From Octopus vulgaris (Eukaryota), in the NCBI GenBank assembly GCA_951406725.2, contig OX597831.1, positions 34,286,001 to 34,350,000 on the forward strand: a stretch of DNA of 64,000 bases, given 5' to 3'. Made by a program: the position numbers and the translations under genes. Below the pieces are notes generated by a model. It saw nothing but the letters and a program-made list of their open reading frames with translations. It was not told where the DNA came from and ran no database searches. Shown here piece after piece: positions 43,253-58,167 of the stretch (position 1 is the first letter of the stretch; every line of letters begins with the position of its first letter).

Positions 43253-43537
43253 ATAAGAAATTAAAAAATGAAAATACGCACACTTACATAGTTTTAATAT
43301 ACTTCTTAATATATCGACTGGTTTCGCTATCGCTATTCATGATATTATGTTTTACTTATTTGAAAATATATTTTTTTCTTAAGAAGAAATGTGGTCCAAT
43401 TTTCTTCTTAAGGAAAAATATATATTCAAATAAGTAAAGCATAATATCATGAATAGCAATAGCGAAACCGGACGATATATTAAAAATTATATTAAAACTA
43501 TGTAAATGTGCGTAATTTCCTTTTTTTAATTTCTTAT
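43253..43537. repeat. Fold-back inverted repeat with HHR-like motif in each arm
   Basis: Arms of ~135 bp centred near 43395, moderately diverged. Confidence 0.85.
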
Positions 43538-44690
43538 GTATATATATATAAATACATTATATATATATATACATAATATATATATACATATATGCATTTA
43601 CACAAACATATATACACACATATACATATATATATACATACATGTAAATATATACGTATATATATATATTTACATATATAAATACATACATATATGTACA
43701 TATATATATATGCATATATATATATATGCATATATATATACATTTACATTTATACACACAGATATATAAATACATACATATACATATACACACACACACA
43801 TATATATAAACATATATATATATATATATATATACACAAATACATATATAAATATATATATATATGTATATAAATATATATATATATATGTATACATATA
43901 TGTGTATATATATATATATACATATATATAGATACGTATACAGTATATATATATATATCTACATATATATATATGCATATATATATATATTTACATTTAT
44001 ATATGTGTGTGTGAGTGAATGTGAAAGTATGTATGCATATTATGCGTGTGGATGTGCGTTAGCATGTGCAAGTGTGCGTGATTTGTCTATGTGTATAAAT
44101 GCGTTATTCTATATTATTCTATAGACGAATATCTAACTTTCAATATGAAGCAGTTAAACCAAATTTTTAATATACAGTCGTCTTATCATATATACAAACT
44201 TACAATGATGTATGTCTGCTCAAATGGGTTTCCGTCAGTTTCGATAATGAGCGTTCAATTGCTCGATCTAGTCATTCTTTCGTCGCGTATAAGTGGCTGA
44301 CTATTCCAAAGACATGTGCGCCATAAACGCAATCATTTTATAGAATCAACATGATACAACATGGAAAGCGTGGATCTGGGAATTAGAGACGCAATCCAAC
44401 TGATGACCTGAAAATCTACTCATTTCAAAAGAGTTTTAACTATAGAACTAGTTCTGGTTTAGAGATCTAAAATCTCCTTACCTTCGTTAGCATAGTATGG
44501 CTAATTGTACACAATTACAAACATTTATACATAGGTTTGGCTGTGTGGTAAGTCTACCAAATCCATTCGCAAGCCTTTGGTCGGTCCGAGGCTATAGTAG
44601 AAGACACTTGCCCAAGGTGCCACGCAGTGGAACTGAACCTGGAACCATGTGGGTGGTAAGCAAGCTACTTACCACACAGCCGTTCCTACG

Positions 44691-44752
<62 letters not shown>

Positions 44753-46162
44753 GTAACAATCAAAATATGTTTATTTCTCCTTGAATTCCTTGATAGAAAT
44801 TTTTCCTCTGTGAGATGAAGGGCATGTCAGTAAACGCGGGCGCGCACACACAAACACACCTAATTCACGCCATCAAAGAGACATGAAAGCGGTATTTATT
44901 CAATGGGAGTTGTTCGTAAACATTCGCAGCAGCTGTTAGTTATTGCAAAAGAAATTTCAAATATAAGTTTGAAGAAAATAATGGTTTAGGTTTATAAATT
45001 TTCAATTCTCTCAAAATGGCCGACAATTTCGATTTTAAAATTTAAATTTGAGGAGAATAGAGTTTCGTACCGCGTCTACATAAAAGGCTTTACTGATATA
45101 ATATAGAATAAGAGTAATAGTGGGTTGAGCGTGTTTGGGTGTTATATATATATATGTATATATATATGTATGTGTGTGTGTGTGTGTGTGTGCGCGCGTC
45201 TGTTCGTGTGTCCCTGTGTGTGTATTTTTATATATGACCGTGTAAAATATGCAATGAATGAAAATAAATATTTAAAGCACGTACTAGCGTGGTCGTATTA
45301 AATATGTCATAATAATGCGAAGCAATGAACAGCGAGCGTGTGATTTTTCGGTCGACAATTTAATTATTATTTCTTTTTAATATTTCTAATTTGATAAAAC
45401 TGTTAATTTTACGAATACTGATTCTTTTCCCCTAAGGCAATCTAGAAATTTGATCAGAAATAAATTAAGCTTATCAACAAAATTCTTCATCACAAAACTA
45501 ATTGCTATCGGCTGCGTAGTAACCTTGACACGGGAAAATGTCAATGCACTCGACAGCAACAGAGATAAAAATGGCGATATTAATATTAAATAGTATTTTA
45601 CTAAGCGCTGATAAAACGATTAGATTAGACTCACTGAAAGTACCCAATATTTATGATATCTTAGTCATAAGACTACCACCACCACCACCACCACCACATC
45701 TAACAACAACGGCAATGGAAAGTAAATTTTATTTTTATGATCAGCAATTCAGTTATTATATATTGCGTCGTAACGTATTGGTGAGTTATATCTAGGTAAG
45801 AACAGCGAAATTGGAACAGTATTAGCTTATGTTCTACACACAGAAGAAAAAGTTTAGTTCAATGTCCTATGGAAAGGAATAAATGGAGCGATATGTCTAG
45901 GTGAGAACGGCAAAATAGGAGGAGATAAAAGGCATAATTGTATCCAGCGTAAAGAAATATATGTATTGAATTTTGTACGCATAATATATGTTCGAGTATG
46001 GGTGAGTATATATAATATATGCGTGGGAGTTTATATATATATATTCTTTTATTCCTTTACTTGTTTCAGTCATTTGACTACGGCCATGCTGGAGCACCGC
46101 CTTTTAACATAGGTGTGCATATTTTCAGCTCAACCCGATAACATATGCACACACACACACAT

Positions 46163-46195
<33 letters not shown>

Positions 46196-46240
46196 CACAT
46201 ATATATAAATTAACACAATATATGTGATTATATATATATA

Positions 46241-46274
<34 letters not shown>

Positions 46275-47799
46275 AATATATACACTTTATATATATATAT
46301 TTGTATATATATATTTGTATATATATATTTATTTGTATATATATATATTTGTATATATATATATATATTTGTATATATTTATATATATATATTTATATAC
46401 ACACACATATATATAAATTAACACAATATATCTGATTAATAATATCTTTTATCATTGTGTGGTGGTGGAGAGCGATAATAATTCACCGTTCAAAAAGACC
46501 AGTGGCGGGAATATTTAAACTTTGCAGCTGTCAACGCTTTCTCTCTATAGATGCAGACAGAGTACAGTGAGAGAGGTGGTGGGAGAAAGAGTGACATAGA
46601 GACGGCGAAGCTGTCAAACGTCGTTATAGAGAGAAAGTGAGGGGAAGGAAAGAAAGAGAGAGATGGAGGAAGACAGGCTGATATCCGAAAGGGAGAAACG
46701 ACAAACACTTGTCAAAGTGTGGGTTTTGTTGCCCTAATAGCCACAACTTTCGAGATAGGGTTTCTAACCTAGTCCACTCACTCCCTCGCCTCTTTTTACG
46801 TGTCCCTATAAATTTTGGAGCCAATCCGACCCCATCTAGTGCCCCTTAACCCGTTCCAATCCCAAAATGAGACAAACAAACTTTTCGCATTTCAGCTTTA
46901 TAGATATTGATATACATACATATATACATACATACATATATCATATGTATATATACATAAACATACATATATATATGTATGTATATGTTTGTGTGTCTTT
47001 GTGTCTGTGTTTGTCACCCACCCCTTCATTTGACAAACGATGTTGGCGTGATTACGTCCCCATAACTTGACGGCTCGACAGAAAAGACCGATAGAATAAG
47101 TAACAGGCTTGCAAAGAATACGTGCAGGGGTCGATTTCATCGACTTACAGGTGATGCTTCAGCATGGCCCCAGTCAAATGGCTGAAACAAGTAAAAGAAT
47201 AAAAGAATACGTGCATCCATATATGCCAGGGCATGTATTTATGAATTGGTCGTTCAGAATTTCGAAAAGCACATGCGTAGGAATCGTTATTTTCGAGAAG
47301 ATGCGAAAATCAAGTCTCTACCTATAAAAATATTTTTAATTTAATCGCTTAAAATTTTTTTTCTCCTGTCAATCTAAACACACTGTTTCATTCTTGTGTG
47401 TGCGTGCGTGTATGTGTGTGTGTTTTGTTTTTGTTTTCATTTTATCATACTCGATACTGTACAGACGAAGCTAGTTGTCAATCATAACATAGGTTTAGGA
47501 GGATGTTTGTCACTGTTTGCTATCATTCATACGCCATTGCGACAGCTCAGTAACTTAACATCGTAAAGTTTGAATTAAAAGAAAAATTACATTTTGACAT
47601 GAGTTATATAAAATACGTAATCATAAATCCGTATAAGAATTCTCAAAGAGTGGAGTGGAAAGCCAGCATTTTACGCCTACTTTAAGAATTTGACAGAAAT
47701 ATAAATTCACACTTACTTAGAAATGACTATGTACACACCCTGTGTGTGTATGTGTGTGCCAATATATATATACGTATGTCTATGCATATCTATATATGC

Positions 47800-47853
<54 letters not shown>

Positions 47854-47984
47854 CTACATATACATCTACATATGCATATATACATAAGTATATTTATATA
47901 AATACACACACATATATATATACACAAACATTTATATATGTATATATGTATATGCACACACACATACACACACACATATTCGTG

Positions 47985-48358
47985 GCACTCCGTCGGTTAC
48001 CACGACGAGGGTTTCAGTTGATCCGATCAACGGAACAGCCTGTTCGTGAAATTAACGAGTAAGTGGCTGAGCACTCCTCAGACACGTGTACCCTTAACGT
48101 AATTCTCGGGGAGATTCAGCGTGACACAGTGTGTGACAAGGCTGGTCCTTTGAAATACAGGTACATGAGAAACAGGAATAAAGAGAGGGAGAAAGTAGTG
48201 AAAGAGTACAGCAGGATTCGCCACCACCACCTGCCGAAGCCTCGTGGAGCTTTAGGTGTCTTCGCTCAATAAACATTCGCAATATCCGATCTGGGAATCG
48301 AAACCGCGATCCCACGACCGCGAGTTCGCTGCCCTAACCACTGGGCCATTGCGCCTCC
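47985..48358 (-). mobile_element. tRNA-derived SINE family D
   Basis: Minus-strand head ggaggcgcaatggcccagtggttagggcagcgaactcgcggtcgtgggatcgcggtttcgattccc (A and B boxes) followed by a non-tRNA body. Confidence 0.75.
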
Positions 48359-48719
48359 GCATATATATCGTTAGTAGACCATACATGCAATAATGCAGAA
48401 GAAATTGTATAAATATGCGTGAATAAAAATTTATTTAAATTTAAAAATGAATATACTTAACCGGTTTTACACTAGTGTAATTTTAAAAACTGAACGCTAT
48501 TGTCAACGTTGACTTGTGTCGCAAACTTTATCACTATACAGTTTGCCACACAGCTCTACGTTCCTTATAGTGTATACTTTTGAAAATCATACAAATGTAA
48601 ATCTTTTAAATATATTTATTTAAAAAAAAAATGAAAATAGATTTTCAGATATACTTTATCATTCTCAATTTCACTTATTTCTCATATATATGTATATATA
48701 CATATATATGTATATATAC

Positions 48720-48751
<32 letters not shown>

Positions 48752-49049
48752 ACATATGATATATATATGTATATATTATTACTGCTATCACGGCCAACGG
48801 TCATGTTCACGATCACAGCCAACGGTTCTAGTCAATGCACACAAAAAAACAGCCATTATGCTCCCCCCCACAAAACACCACCACGTGGACTCTGTTGAGA
48901 CTAGCAAGAAACAATTATGAACTTTTTAACTACACTTAACATTTAAAAATGTTTTCGATATGGTTCGTTTTTTCAAGAAGAACCGAAACATGTAAAATCT
49001 CTAAGAAAATTTACATGTATCTTATATAGTGGCGTTTTCAAACTTCTTT

Positions 49050-49123
<74 letters not shown>

Positions 49124-50052
49124 AATCAAAAGGCTTATATGTATCGATCAAGCAAAGCTGAAAGACAAAACTTGTCGCAGTATGATTTTAACATGCCAAA
49201 CATGAAATATTATGTCATAATATTACGCACCATTTGGACCGACGCCATATCGTATTCGCTATTCAATAAAAGACAAATGCATATTTAGGTCCGACCCAAT
49301 TGCTGTCTGTTGTTTAACCTCACCGCACATTTCAATATGGTGTTCTTGTTATTTTAAGGGTATAGGGTATTAATTGAGGAATATTTGGCAGCTATTTCTT
49401 CTAGGTTGTATGATTCTACAGATGCTTCTTCGCTGGGTTGCGTAATGTTCTAGTTTCTGCAAGTGATAGCCAGATATTAATTGGTTTTTGCGTCATGGTA
49501 GAACAACGGGAGTCGAAACCAATCACTTCAAACTTGAAGTCTCTTCAAATTTACAAGTTATCATTCGAACTACTTCAAACACTAAACTATACACTTTATA
49601 TACTAACCAGACGAAAAGTATTCGGGAAAATGTCACAATCCATTGTAATTTACTTCGTAATGAAGCGCAGAGCGCATTCGTTAGTGAATTTAATATGTAC
49701 ACCTACAGAAATATCATAATATGAATGTAGATCACATAGATTGCACACGCACGCACGTACACACACACAGACAAAAATACGCTCACGTGCAGAAGCACAA
49801 ACTTTTAATTCTATTACATATGATATACGATCTCTATTTACATTTAGTTTAAAATATGTTAAAATGTTTTATGTTCGATCTTACACAACATTTGGAAAAA
49901 TGACAAATGATGTTCCATGTGATTACAGGTTTACTGTTTTAAAATCGATCCTTGCCAAACATATATCTACACCGTGCACCATTAGCTTTAACATTAGAGA
50001 CCATTATAGAATGTAAATCATATAAATATTTATTTATACATACAATAATAAC

Positions 50053-50104
<52 letters not shown>

Positions 50105-50532
50105 TAATATATACTTCGATTTTTAAAGTGACATTTATTAGATAAACAATTGATTGAAAAATGATGTGCTAACACAGGCCAGAATCGAATTGCTTATATA
50201 ATAAATGTTGCTTTAAAAATCGGAGCATACATATTATTATTTAGTTATTATTGTACTAAGAGATTTCTATAGTCGCTCCATCTCCGCGACTTACAAAGCC
50301 TGAGACGAGTAAAAGCTAAAAGATACATACGAAGGGGTGCTGAAAAATTCCTGGTTTTACGTAAAAGAAAATACAGGAGGATCAGTTAATTATGATTTTA
50401 TTCAACATATTCCCACTCACTACAAGAGTCCTTCAGTTTTTTGTAAGCCCTGTAAAAAAACTCAGAAGTTTGGGCCTCCAACCATGCCTTTCCTGACTCT
50501 CTTAAAGCCAGGAACGTTTCAGTAACCCATCG

Positions 50533-50601
<69 letters not shown>

Positions 50602-50611
50602 CATACATACA

Positions 50612-50658
<47 letters not shown>

Positions 50659-50699
50659 CACCACCACTTTGTTATCTCCCCTTCTCCCTAGCACTCCTG

Positions 50700-50914
50700 T
50701 GTGACCCTTCTGTCCGGCCTTCCCCATGATAGATCGCTAGCCACTACGCATTCTTTATTTTCTCTCCTTGCTTCTTTCTGTGTTCCTTTCTGTGGAAGAG
50801 CGTAGGCTCGAAACGTTTAATACTTTTTCACTTCCCGAGCATTATAATAATACATTTGTTTGTTGTCTACACCACCTGTCTTTGTCTTTTGTTTTTTTTT
50901 TTGTGAATTCTCCC

Positions 50915-50915
<1 letters not shown>
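50700..50915 (+). mobile_element. Diverged copy of the HHR-variant short repeat
   Basis: cctttCTGTGGAAgagcgtaggctcGAAAcgtt at 50785-50817 and the same ttttctctccttg upstream tract; flanked by (TA)n. Confidence 0.6.
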
Positions 50916-50962
<47 letters not shown>

Positions 50963-50964
<2 letters not shown>

Positions 50965-51368
50965 CGCAGGAGTGGCTGTGTGGTAAATAGCTTGCTAACC
51001 AACCACATAGTCGCGGGTTCAGTCCCACTGCGTGGCATGTTGGGTAGGTGTTTTCTGCTATAGCCCCGGGCCGACCAATGCCTTGTGAGTGGATTTGGTA
51101 GACGGAAACTGAAAGAAGCCTGTCGTATATATGCTCGCTGTGTGTGTATGATTGTGTGTCTGTGTTTGTCCCCTAGCATTGCTTGACAACCGATGATCGT
51201 GTGTTTATGTCCCCGTTACTTAGCGGTTCGGCAAAAGAGACCGATAGAATAAGTACTGGGCTTACAAAGAATAAGTCCGGGGGGTCGATTTGCTCGACTA
51301 AAGGCGGTGCTCCAGCATGGCCACAGTCAAATGACTGAAACAAGTAAAAGAGAAAAAAGAGTAAAGAG
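50963..51368 (+). mobile_element. tRNA-derived SINE family A, full length
   Basis: A/B-box head ggcgcaggagtggctgtgtggtaa..gggttcagtccc, internal microsatellite and tail gactgaaacaagtaaaagag. Many copies in the window. Confidence 0.85.
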
Positions 51369-51721
51369 TATATATATATATATATATATACTATAAACTG
51401 TATACTCAGTATATATTCACAATATTTAGATGCGCACGAAAGTCTATTATAGAGTGTATTTTTCAATGTTTACCTACACCACAAACTATCATAACGTCTA
51501 TACAAACACGTCAAATATAAATGGACAACCCTCATTATACATTTCTCTGACACTACACATTAGTACGATGTTCGACAAGTTAAATCCTTTAATAAGTTGT
51601 ACAAGGCGTGTCTAGTGATTAAGTATTTAAGTGCATCAAACGTCATTTTTATTTCTGCAAATAAACCTTTCGATAACGCTGATGTCTATTTACTTTTGAG
51701 ATGTCTGTGTACATTTACAAT

Positions 51722-52129
51722 ACTCTCCTTATTTGTTTCAGTCATTGACTGCGGCCATGCTGGAGCACCGCCTTTAGTCGAGCAAATCGACCCCGGGACT
51801 TATTCTTTGTAAGCCCAGTACTTATTCTATCGGTGTCTTTTGCCGAACCGCTAAGTGATGGAAACGTAAACACACCAGCATCGGTTGTCAAGCAATGCTA
51901 GGGAGACAAACACAGACACACAAACACATACACACACATACATATATATATATATATACATATATACGACAGGCTTCTTTCAGTTTCCGTCTACCAAATC
52001 TACTCACAAGGCATTGGTCGGCCCGGGGCTATAGCAGAAGACACTTGCCCAAGATGCCACGCAGTAGGACTGAACTCAGAACCATGTGGTTGGTAAGCAA
52101 GCTACTTACCACACAGCCACTCCTGCGCC
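51722..52129 (-). mobile_element. SINE family A, full length
   Basis: Reverse-complement homologue of 50963-51368. Confidence 0.85.
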
Positions 52130-52749
52130 AATATTTACATTTATAAAACAGAGTGTTAACTGCATCTACACTGTTTCATCACAAATTTTACATCTTGAAA
52201 TTAACCAAGATTTATACTGCCGACAATTTATTCCATGTTGAGTAACTTCCGATGTGGAAATAAGCTGAATGAAATATAATAACGCGCCGAACATTTATAA
52301 GCTATGATTTCATAGTGGTTAGTTGAGACTAGAGTAAACGGTTGCTAACAATATTGTTTGGCACTACAGATAACAAAATTCCTTCTTTTGGACCCACAAT
52401 GAAACTGTCTGTTCACGACAGCTGATTACAACAGGCAAGCATATTCATATCAATTAGTTTATACATGCAATGATGGTTAAGCTTATGTATGTAAATGTTT
52501 AGTAAATAATAGTATACAAATATGTGTGAACGTATGTGTTTACTCACACACATACACACACTATTATATATATATATATATATGTATATATATAAATCTC
52601 TCTGTGTGTGCGTGTGTGTGTGTATGTGTGTGTGTGTAAGCTAGTTTGCATAGGCTAGTCTGACGAGTCACCTATACAGCTAAGCGCTTTATTGATGCAA
52701 AGCCAATAGCTACTTTCTGACCGACCATATGAAACAAACTTCTAAACAT

Positions 52750-53200
52750 ATTTATTTCTTTATTGTCCACAAGGAGCTAAACATAGAGGGGACAAACAAG
52801 GACAGGCAAAGAGATTAAGTCGATTACATCGACCTCGGTACGCAACTGGTACTTAATTTATCAACCCCAAAAGGTTGAAAGGCAAAGTCGACATCAGTGA
52901 AATTTGAATTCAGAACGCAAAGACAGACGAAATACCGCTAAGCTTTTCGCCCGGCGTGCTAACGACTCTGCCACCTCACCACCCTATAAATATTCTTTTC
53001 TGCTCTAGGCACAGGCCCGAAATTTTGAGGGATGGGGGGGCAGTCGATTAGTTCGACCCCAGTACGCAACTAGTAATTAATTTATCGATCCCGAAAGGAT
53101 GACAGGTAAATTTGACCTCGGCGGAATTTGAACTCAAAACGCAAAGACAGACGAAATACCGCTAAGCATTTCGTCTGGTGTGCTAACGTTTCTGCCTTGC
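52750..53200 (-). mobile_element. Two adjacent SINE family B copies
   Basis: Two reverse-complement copies, 52750-52983 and 52990-53200. Confidence 0.78.
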
Positions 53201-53479
53201 CTTCTAAACATATTACTGCTCTAATGTCTTAGAGTGTGCTTCTTTTTCGGATATATGAACTACTGACAATATATATAGGCATATAATGATATAGATATAG
53301 ATATATAATGATCTGATATGTTATACTCTTGTCTATTCACTTTGATGAGGGAAGCTCTAAATTTCACCAATTTTATTCGCCCCCATTTCTGACTGCAAAT
53401 TTTTGATGAACTACATCTGTCAACGTTATGAAGTAACTCCGATCCCTCAAAAATAGCTGACGGTTTTGTGACGACTTAT

Positions 53480-53547
<68 letters not shown>

Positions 53548-53756
53548 TTGATTGTTAACCATGGGAAAATTCTATGTCTGCCTTGTCTTTTACATGTATA
53601 CATGTATATATTTTTTGTACATTTATCTTTATTTAAATCATTGTCTCCATATCTGCTCATTTGGATGCCCCTTATACCCACTCTTCACTCTGCTGACTTG
53701 GCCTTTGTTTAAGATATCAGAGTTTAAGTTCAAATCATTTGACCTCTTCTAAAATG

Positions 53757-53842
<86 letters not shown>

Positions 53843-54480
53843 CCACAACAGCAAAGTTGACATGGCTCGCAGGGCGTGCTCCCGGATCCTCAGGACTTGC
53901 CGGTCTAGAGACGGCCTTAATATTATTCTACTTTTCTCTAACTTGAATACTGTTGTCCGCTGTGGTCCTCCTACACGATGCAGAATATTATGAAAATTGA
54001 AGCTCCCCAGAGATCAATCACAAAAAATAGATAACATGACAGACAAGCCTTCACTATTGCGATCGACTCAAAAAGCTCAGGCTTTGTTACCTCCAACGCT
54101 GTAAGCGCTGTATCATCTGTATCATTTGTTACCTCCAACGCTGTAAGCGCTGTATCATCTGTATGATGTGGAAAAGATTACATCAACATTGCCCAACCGA
54201 TATAGGTATCAACTTTAAAGTTCATCCGAGGCTTGGTCCCCTTACCATCCGTCCCCTACAGGAATCATGTTCGTCTCGTATCAACACTACAACAGAACTA
54301 TCTCACCTCAACTGGCCCTGTTTTCTTCAACATAGGGCCAGCCCACATAAGGGAGAGTGATTTCATAGCATTCAGGCATTCCCTAGATGATTACCTCCCA
54401 CAAATACCAGACAAACAACTCACACCCGGATATGTCTCTGAAAACAATAACTCTCTGCTAGAATGGGCTGTGGCGTTCAA
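53843..54480 (+). mobile_element. CR1-group LINE 3' fragment (degenerate ORF2 C-terminus)
   Basis: Frameshifted translation ..ILRTCRSRD..LEYCCPLWSSYTMQNIMKIEAPQRSITKKI..YCDRLKKLRL matches the CR1/L2 post-RT region. Internal ~40-bp tandem duplication at 54083-54163. Confidence 0.75.
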
Positions 54481-54644
54481 GAGCTTACAGGAAAAAATTT
54501 TCTTCCATCGGGTTCATGTTAATCACTTTTTTTTGTTTCTTTTTTGTTTTGTTTTTAAAGATTTGTTTTCTATAAATTAAATAATTTTTAGCTTAAGAAC
54601 ATTTTTTTTTAAACATGAATACAGACATAAATATATATACATAT

Positions 54645-54858
54645 TCCTTTACTTGTTTCAGTCATTTTGAGTGCGGCCATGTTGGAGCACCACCTTTAGT
54701 CAAACAAATCAACTCCAGCACTTATTCTTTGTAACCCTAGTACTTATTCTATCGGTCTCTTTTACCGAAGTGTTAAGTTTCGGGGACGTAAACACACCAG
54801 CATCGGTTGTCAAGTGATGGTGGGCGGATATACACACATACACAAATACATACATACC

Positions 54859-54900
<42 letters not shown>

Positions 54901-55061
54901 CGACGAGCTTCTCTCAGTTTCTACGTGCCAAATCTATTCACAAGGCTTTCAGCGTCCCGAGGCTATAGTAGAAGGCACTTGTCCAAGGTGGCACGCAGTA
55001 GGTGTGAACCCGGAAATATGTGACTGGAAAGCAAGCTTCTTACCACACAGTCACTCCTCCG

Positions 55062-55064
<3 letters not shown>
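54645..55064 (-). mobile_element. SINE family A
   Basis: Homologous to 51722-52129. Confidence 0.8.
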
Positions 55065-55113
<49 letters not shown>

Positions 55114-55116
<3 letters not shown>

Positions 55117-55862
55117 TTATATATATAAAACTGAGAATGTGTGTCTATCTGTCTGTCTGTATGTCTGTCTGTCTGTGTGTTTCCCTAAAACTTGAGAACT
55201 ACACAACCAATTTCATTCAAATTTTACACATGCCTTACTTAGGGTCCATGTAGTTTTATGGGCAAAAAAAATGTTCAACTTCATGCCTAGAGCACGCCCA
55301 TAGCAATATCATATCTTCTCCACTATTTCAGTATTACGTGTTAAAAGTGAAACAAAAACGTGTCTCTATTTTATGTCAGATACTTTCACTTTAACAATAA
55401 AAATAATAATAACAATTGAATTATATGTAGTAAGTAATAGTTAAAATCAAACTAAAGTATAATATAATCGTAACATAACAAAAGTAAAAATAGCAATTGG
55501 TATAAAATTGCATCAATGATTTGAACTTGAATAAGTGGTTTCACATGAATGGGAACAAATTAAAAATAAAATTAGCGTGCAGAAATGGAATAGTTCAGAT
55601 GGATAATAAAAAATTAAATTAAAGAAAAGACTATTGTCTATAAAGTATACAATGTAGAGAAAAAAGATTTGAACACATGGAGGAAAGCTAACAATTCCAG
55701 TCTGTTATATATTTTGAGCATTGTTATCACTAGCGATATCAAGATATAACTTTGTATTTTGTATTTTATGTGTAGATGTATATATATAGATGTACACATA
55801 TATATACACATATATACATGCACTAGCACTATAACTCGGCTACGACGGGTCTTTAATGCTAG
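55114..55862 (+). mobile_element. Non-autonomous Helitron-like element
   Basis: 5' TC (A|TCTTTATATATATAAAA), (CTGT)n microsatellite near the 5' end, imperfect 3' GC hairpin actcg..cgggt, then CTAG|T. Confidence 0.72.
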
Positions 55863-57243
55863 TATATATATATATATATAAATGTATGAATGCGTTTGTG
55901 TAACGTATAAAGAAAGTTTATAAACAGGCCGAATTTAGCTAGCCCTCATTGATTTTCGAACTTAATAGGTTCTCATCAAAGGTGTCTATATCATTTTTAC
56001 CAATCCCAAGCATAAAAAGCAGCCATATATATACGTATGTATGTATTTATGTATGTATGGGTGGGTGTGTGTGTGTAAAAGTAAGATCCAAGGATTCAGG
56101 TGTAAGAATTTAGTAAGCTTTGCGCGGTCCATACATGGTATAAAAAGCAACTTTGAGGAACAATAGCAGTTTATTGGCATAGAAGGTAGCAAATATTTCT
56201 CATGTCGAAGCTGAAAAAAAATTTTATAGTATATATTATAATTGCGAACTATGAACTATAAAATGTATATTTTATAGTTCACAGTTAGCAACTAGGGTTG
56301 CTGTATATGCGAATATATATATATATATATATATGTAACGTGTTCATATATTATATTATAGCTGAAATTGAATTTGATATAATTTGAGTTTATGTTTACA
56401 TTCATATTTATTGAGTCCTTCAGTAAACGTTGCTTGAAATATGTGTTTATTCAAATTCCTGTTTGTTCTGGCAATAAATGAGTGAAGTACTATTTCAATT
56501 TACAATTCAAAAACTTCGAAAGCTCCTGAAATATAACATTGTAGAAACGACATTTCCATTTAAAAAAATAATAATCACTCGAAAAGATTTCGATAAATAT
56601 AACTTTATAAAGTGCCCATTTGTAAAATTAAATGCTATATTCAAAAATCATCTAAAATTAGCAACTAAACAATCTATCAATAACCAATTAGAAATTAATG
56701 CTGGTGACAATATCTGTTGTTAAAATCTCCAGACTCAAACCAGCATTAATATTTGAAGATATCTCCTCTCACTGTATCTCCCTCCGTGTATTTATATATT
56801 TCTCTTATATTTCACAGACTATGTCTCCCTCTCCCTTCTCTCTTTCTCTCTCTGTCTCACAGACACACATACGCCCACACAATATTTACACAAACAAATT
56901 GTATGAACAGTAGTAATTTACGTAAATAAAGACTACAGAATGATAAAAAGGGTATAATCAAATAGTTTGACAAGCAAATTAAACGCGGCCAAAGATGTAT
57001 GCATTAAAAATATACATTACTCAGCCGGGAAATGTATTTCAATTGGTGGAAAGACAAAAACGAAAGAAAAACTGTGCAAAAACGAAAGGCTTTTCTAAGA
57101 AAACTATAAGGTAAAGTGTAGGTGTATATGTATTGAACATCATGACTCACTCTCACTCAATTATACCTATCTATCTATCTATGTATAGCTAGCCATCTAA
57201 TTATCCATTTATCTATTTGTCTATGTAACTATCCATCATTTTG

Positions 57244-57306
<63 letters not shown>

Positions 57307-57397
57307 ATGTATATATACCTTGCATATAAACCTATACATAAACATACATTTCCTACATTTGCATATATATATATTTATATATATATAAATATATATA

Positions 57398-57431
<34 letters not shown>

Positions 57432-57703
57432 AATTTATACATATACATATATATACTTTTTGTATGCGTGTATGAGTGAGTGCGTACCCATGCTTGCTTT
57501 CGTGAGTGCACACGCGTGCATCTGAATGTGTGTGTAGCCATGTGTATGCATTAGCGCGCGCCCGCGCGGAATATAGGTAATGGCCTGGCAAAATCATTGT
57601 AAGAACTGAGTGGGGTTAAGGCTAGGCAATACTTCTATAAATTATATTCTGTGCAACTAAAATTTAATCCCGAAACGTTAGGAGTGGCTGTATAGTAAGA
57701 ATA

Positions 57704-58090
57704 GGCGCAAGAGTGGCTGTGTGGTAAGAAACTTGCTGCTCAGCCACATGGTTCAGGGTTCTGTCCCACTGCGTGGCACCTTGGGAAAGTATCTTCTACT
57801 ATAGCCTCGGCCCGACCAAAGCCTTATGAGTGTTATTTGGTGGACAGAAACTGAAAGAAACCCGTCATATATGCGCGTATATATATATATATATATATAT
57901 AACGGGAAGATTTACGAAAATAAACAAAAGACGAAAGTAGGTGGAGTACAAACAAACAAATGTATCAGTATGGCGCTCAGGAATAGAAATAGAACAAGTC
58001 TTTTACGTTTCGAGCCTACGCTCTTCGACAGAAAGATACAGAGAAAAAAAAACAAGGAGAGAAAAAAAAAGGAAATATATATATACATGC

Positions 58091-58121
<31 letters not shown>

Positions 58122-58123
58122 AA

Positions 58124-58167
<44 letters not shown>

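Noticed and set aside
48285-48358. tRNA gene on the minus strand
   Set aside because: The tRNA-like head runs directly into a SINE body and the acceptor stem is not closed.
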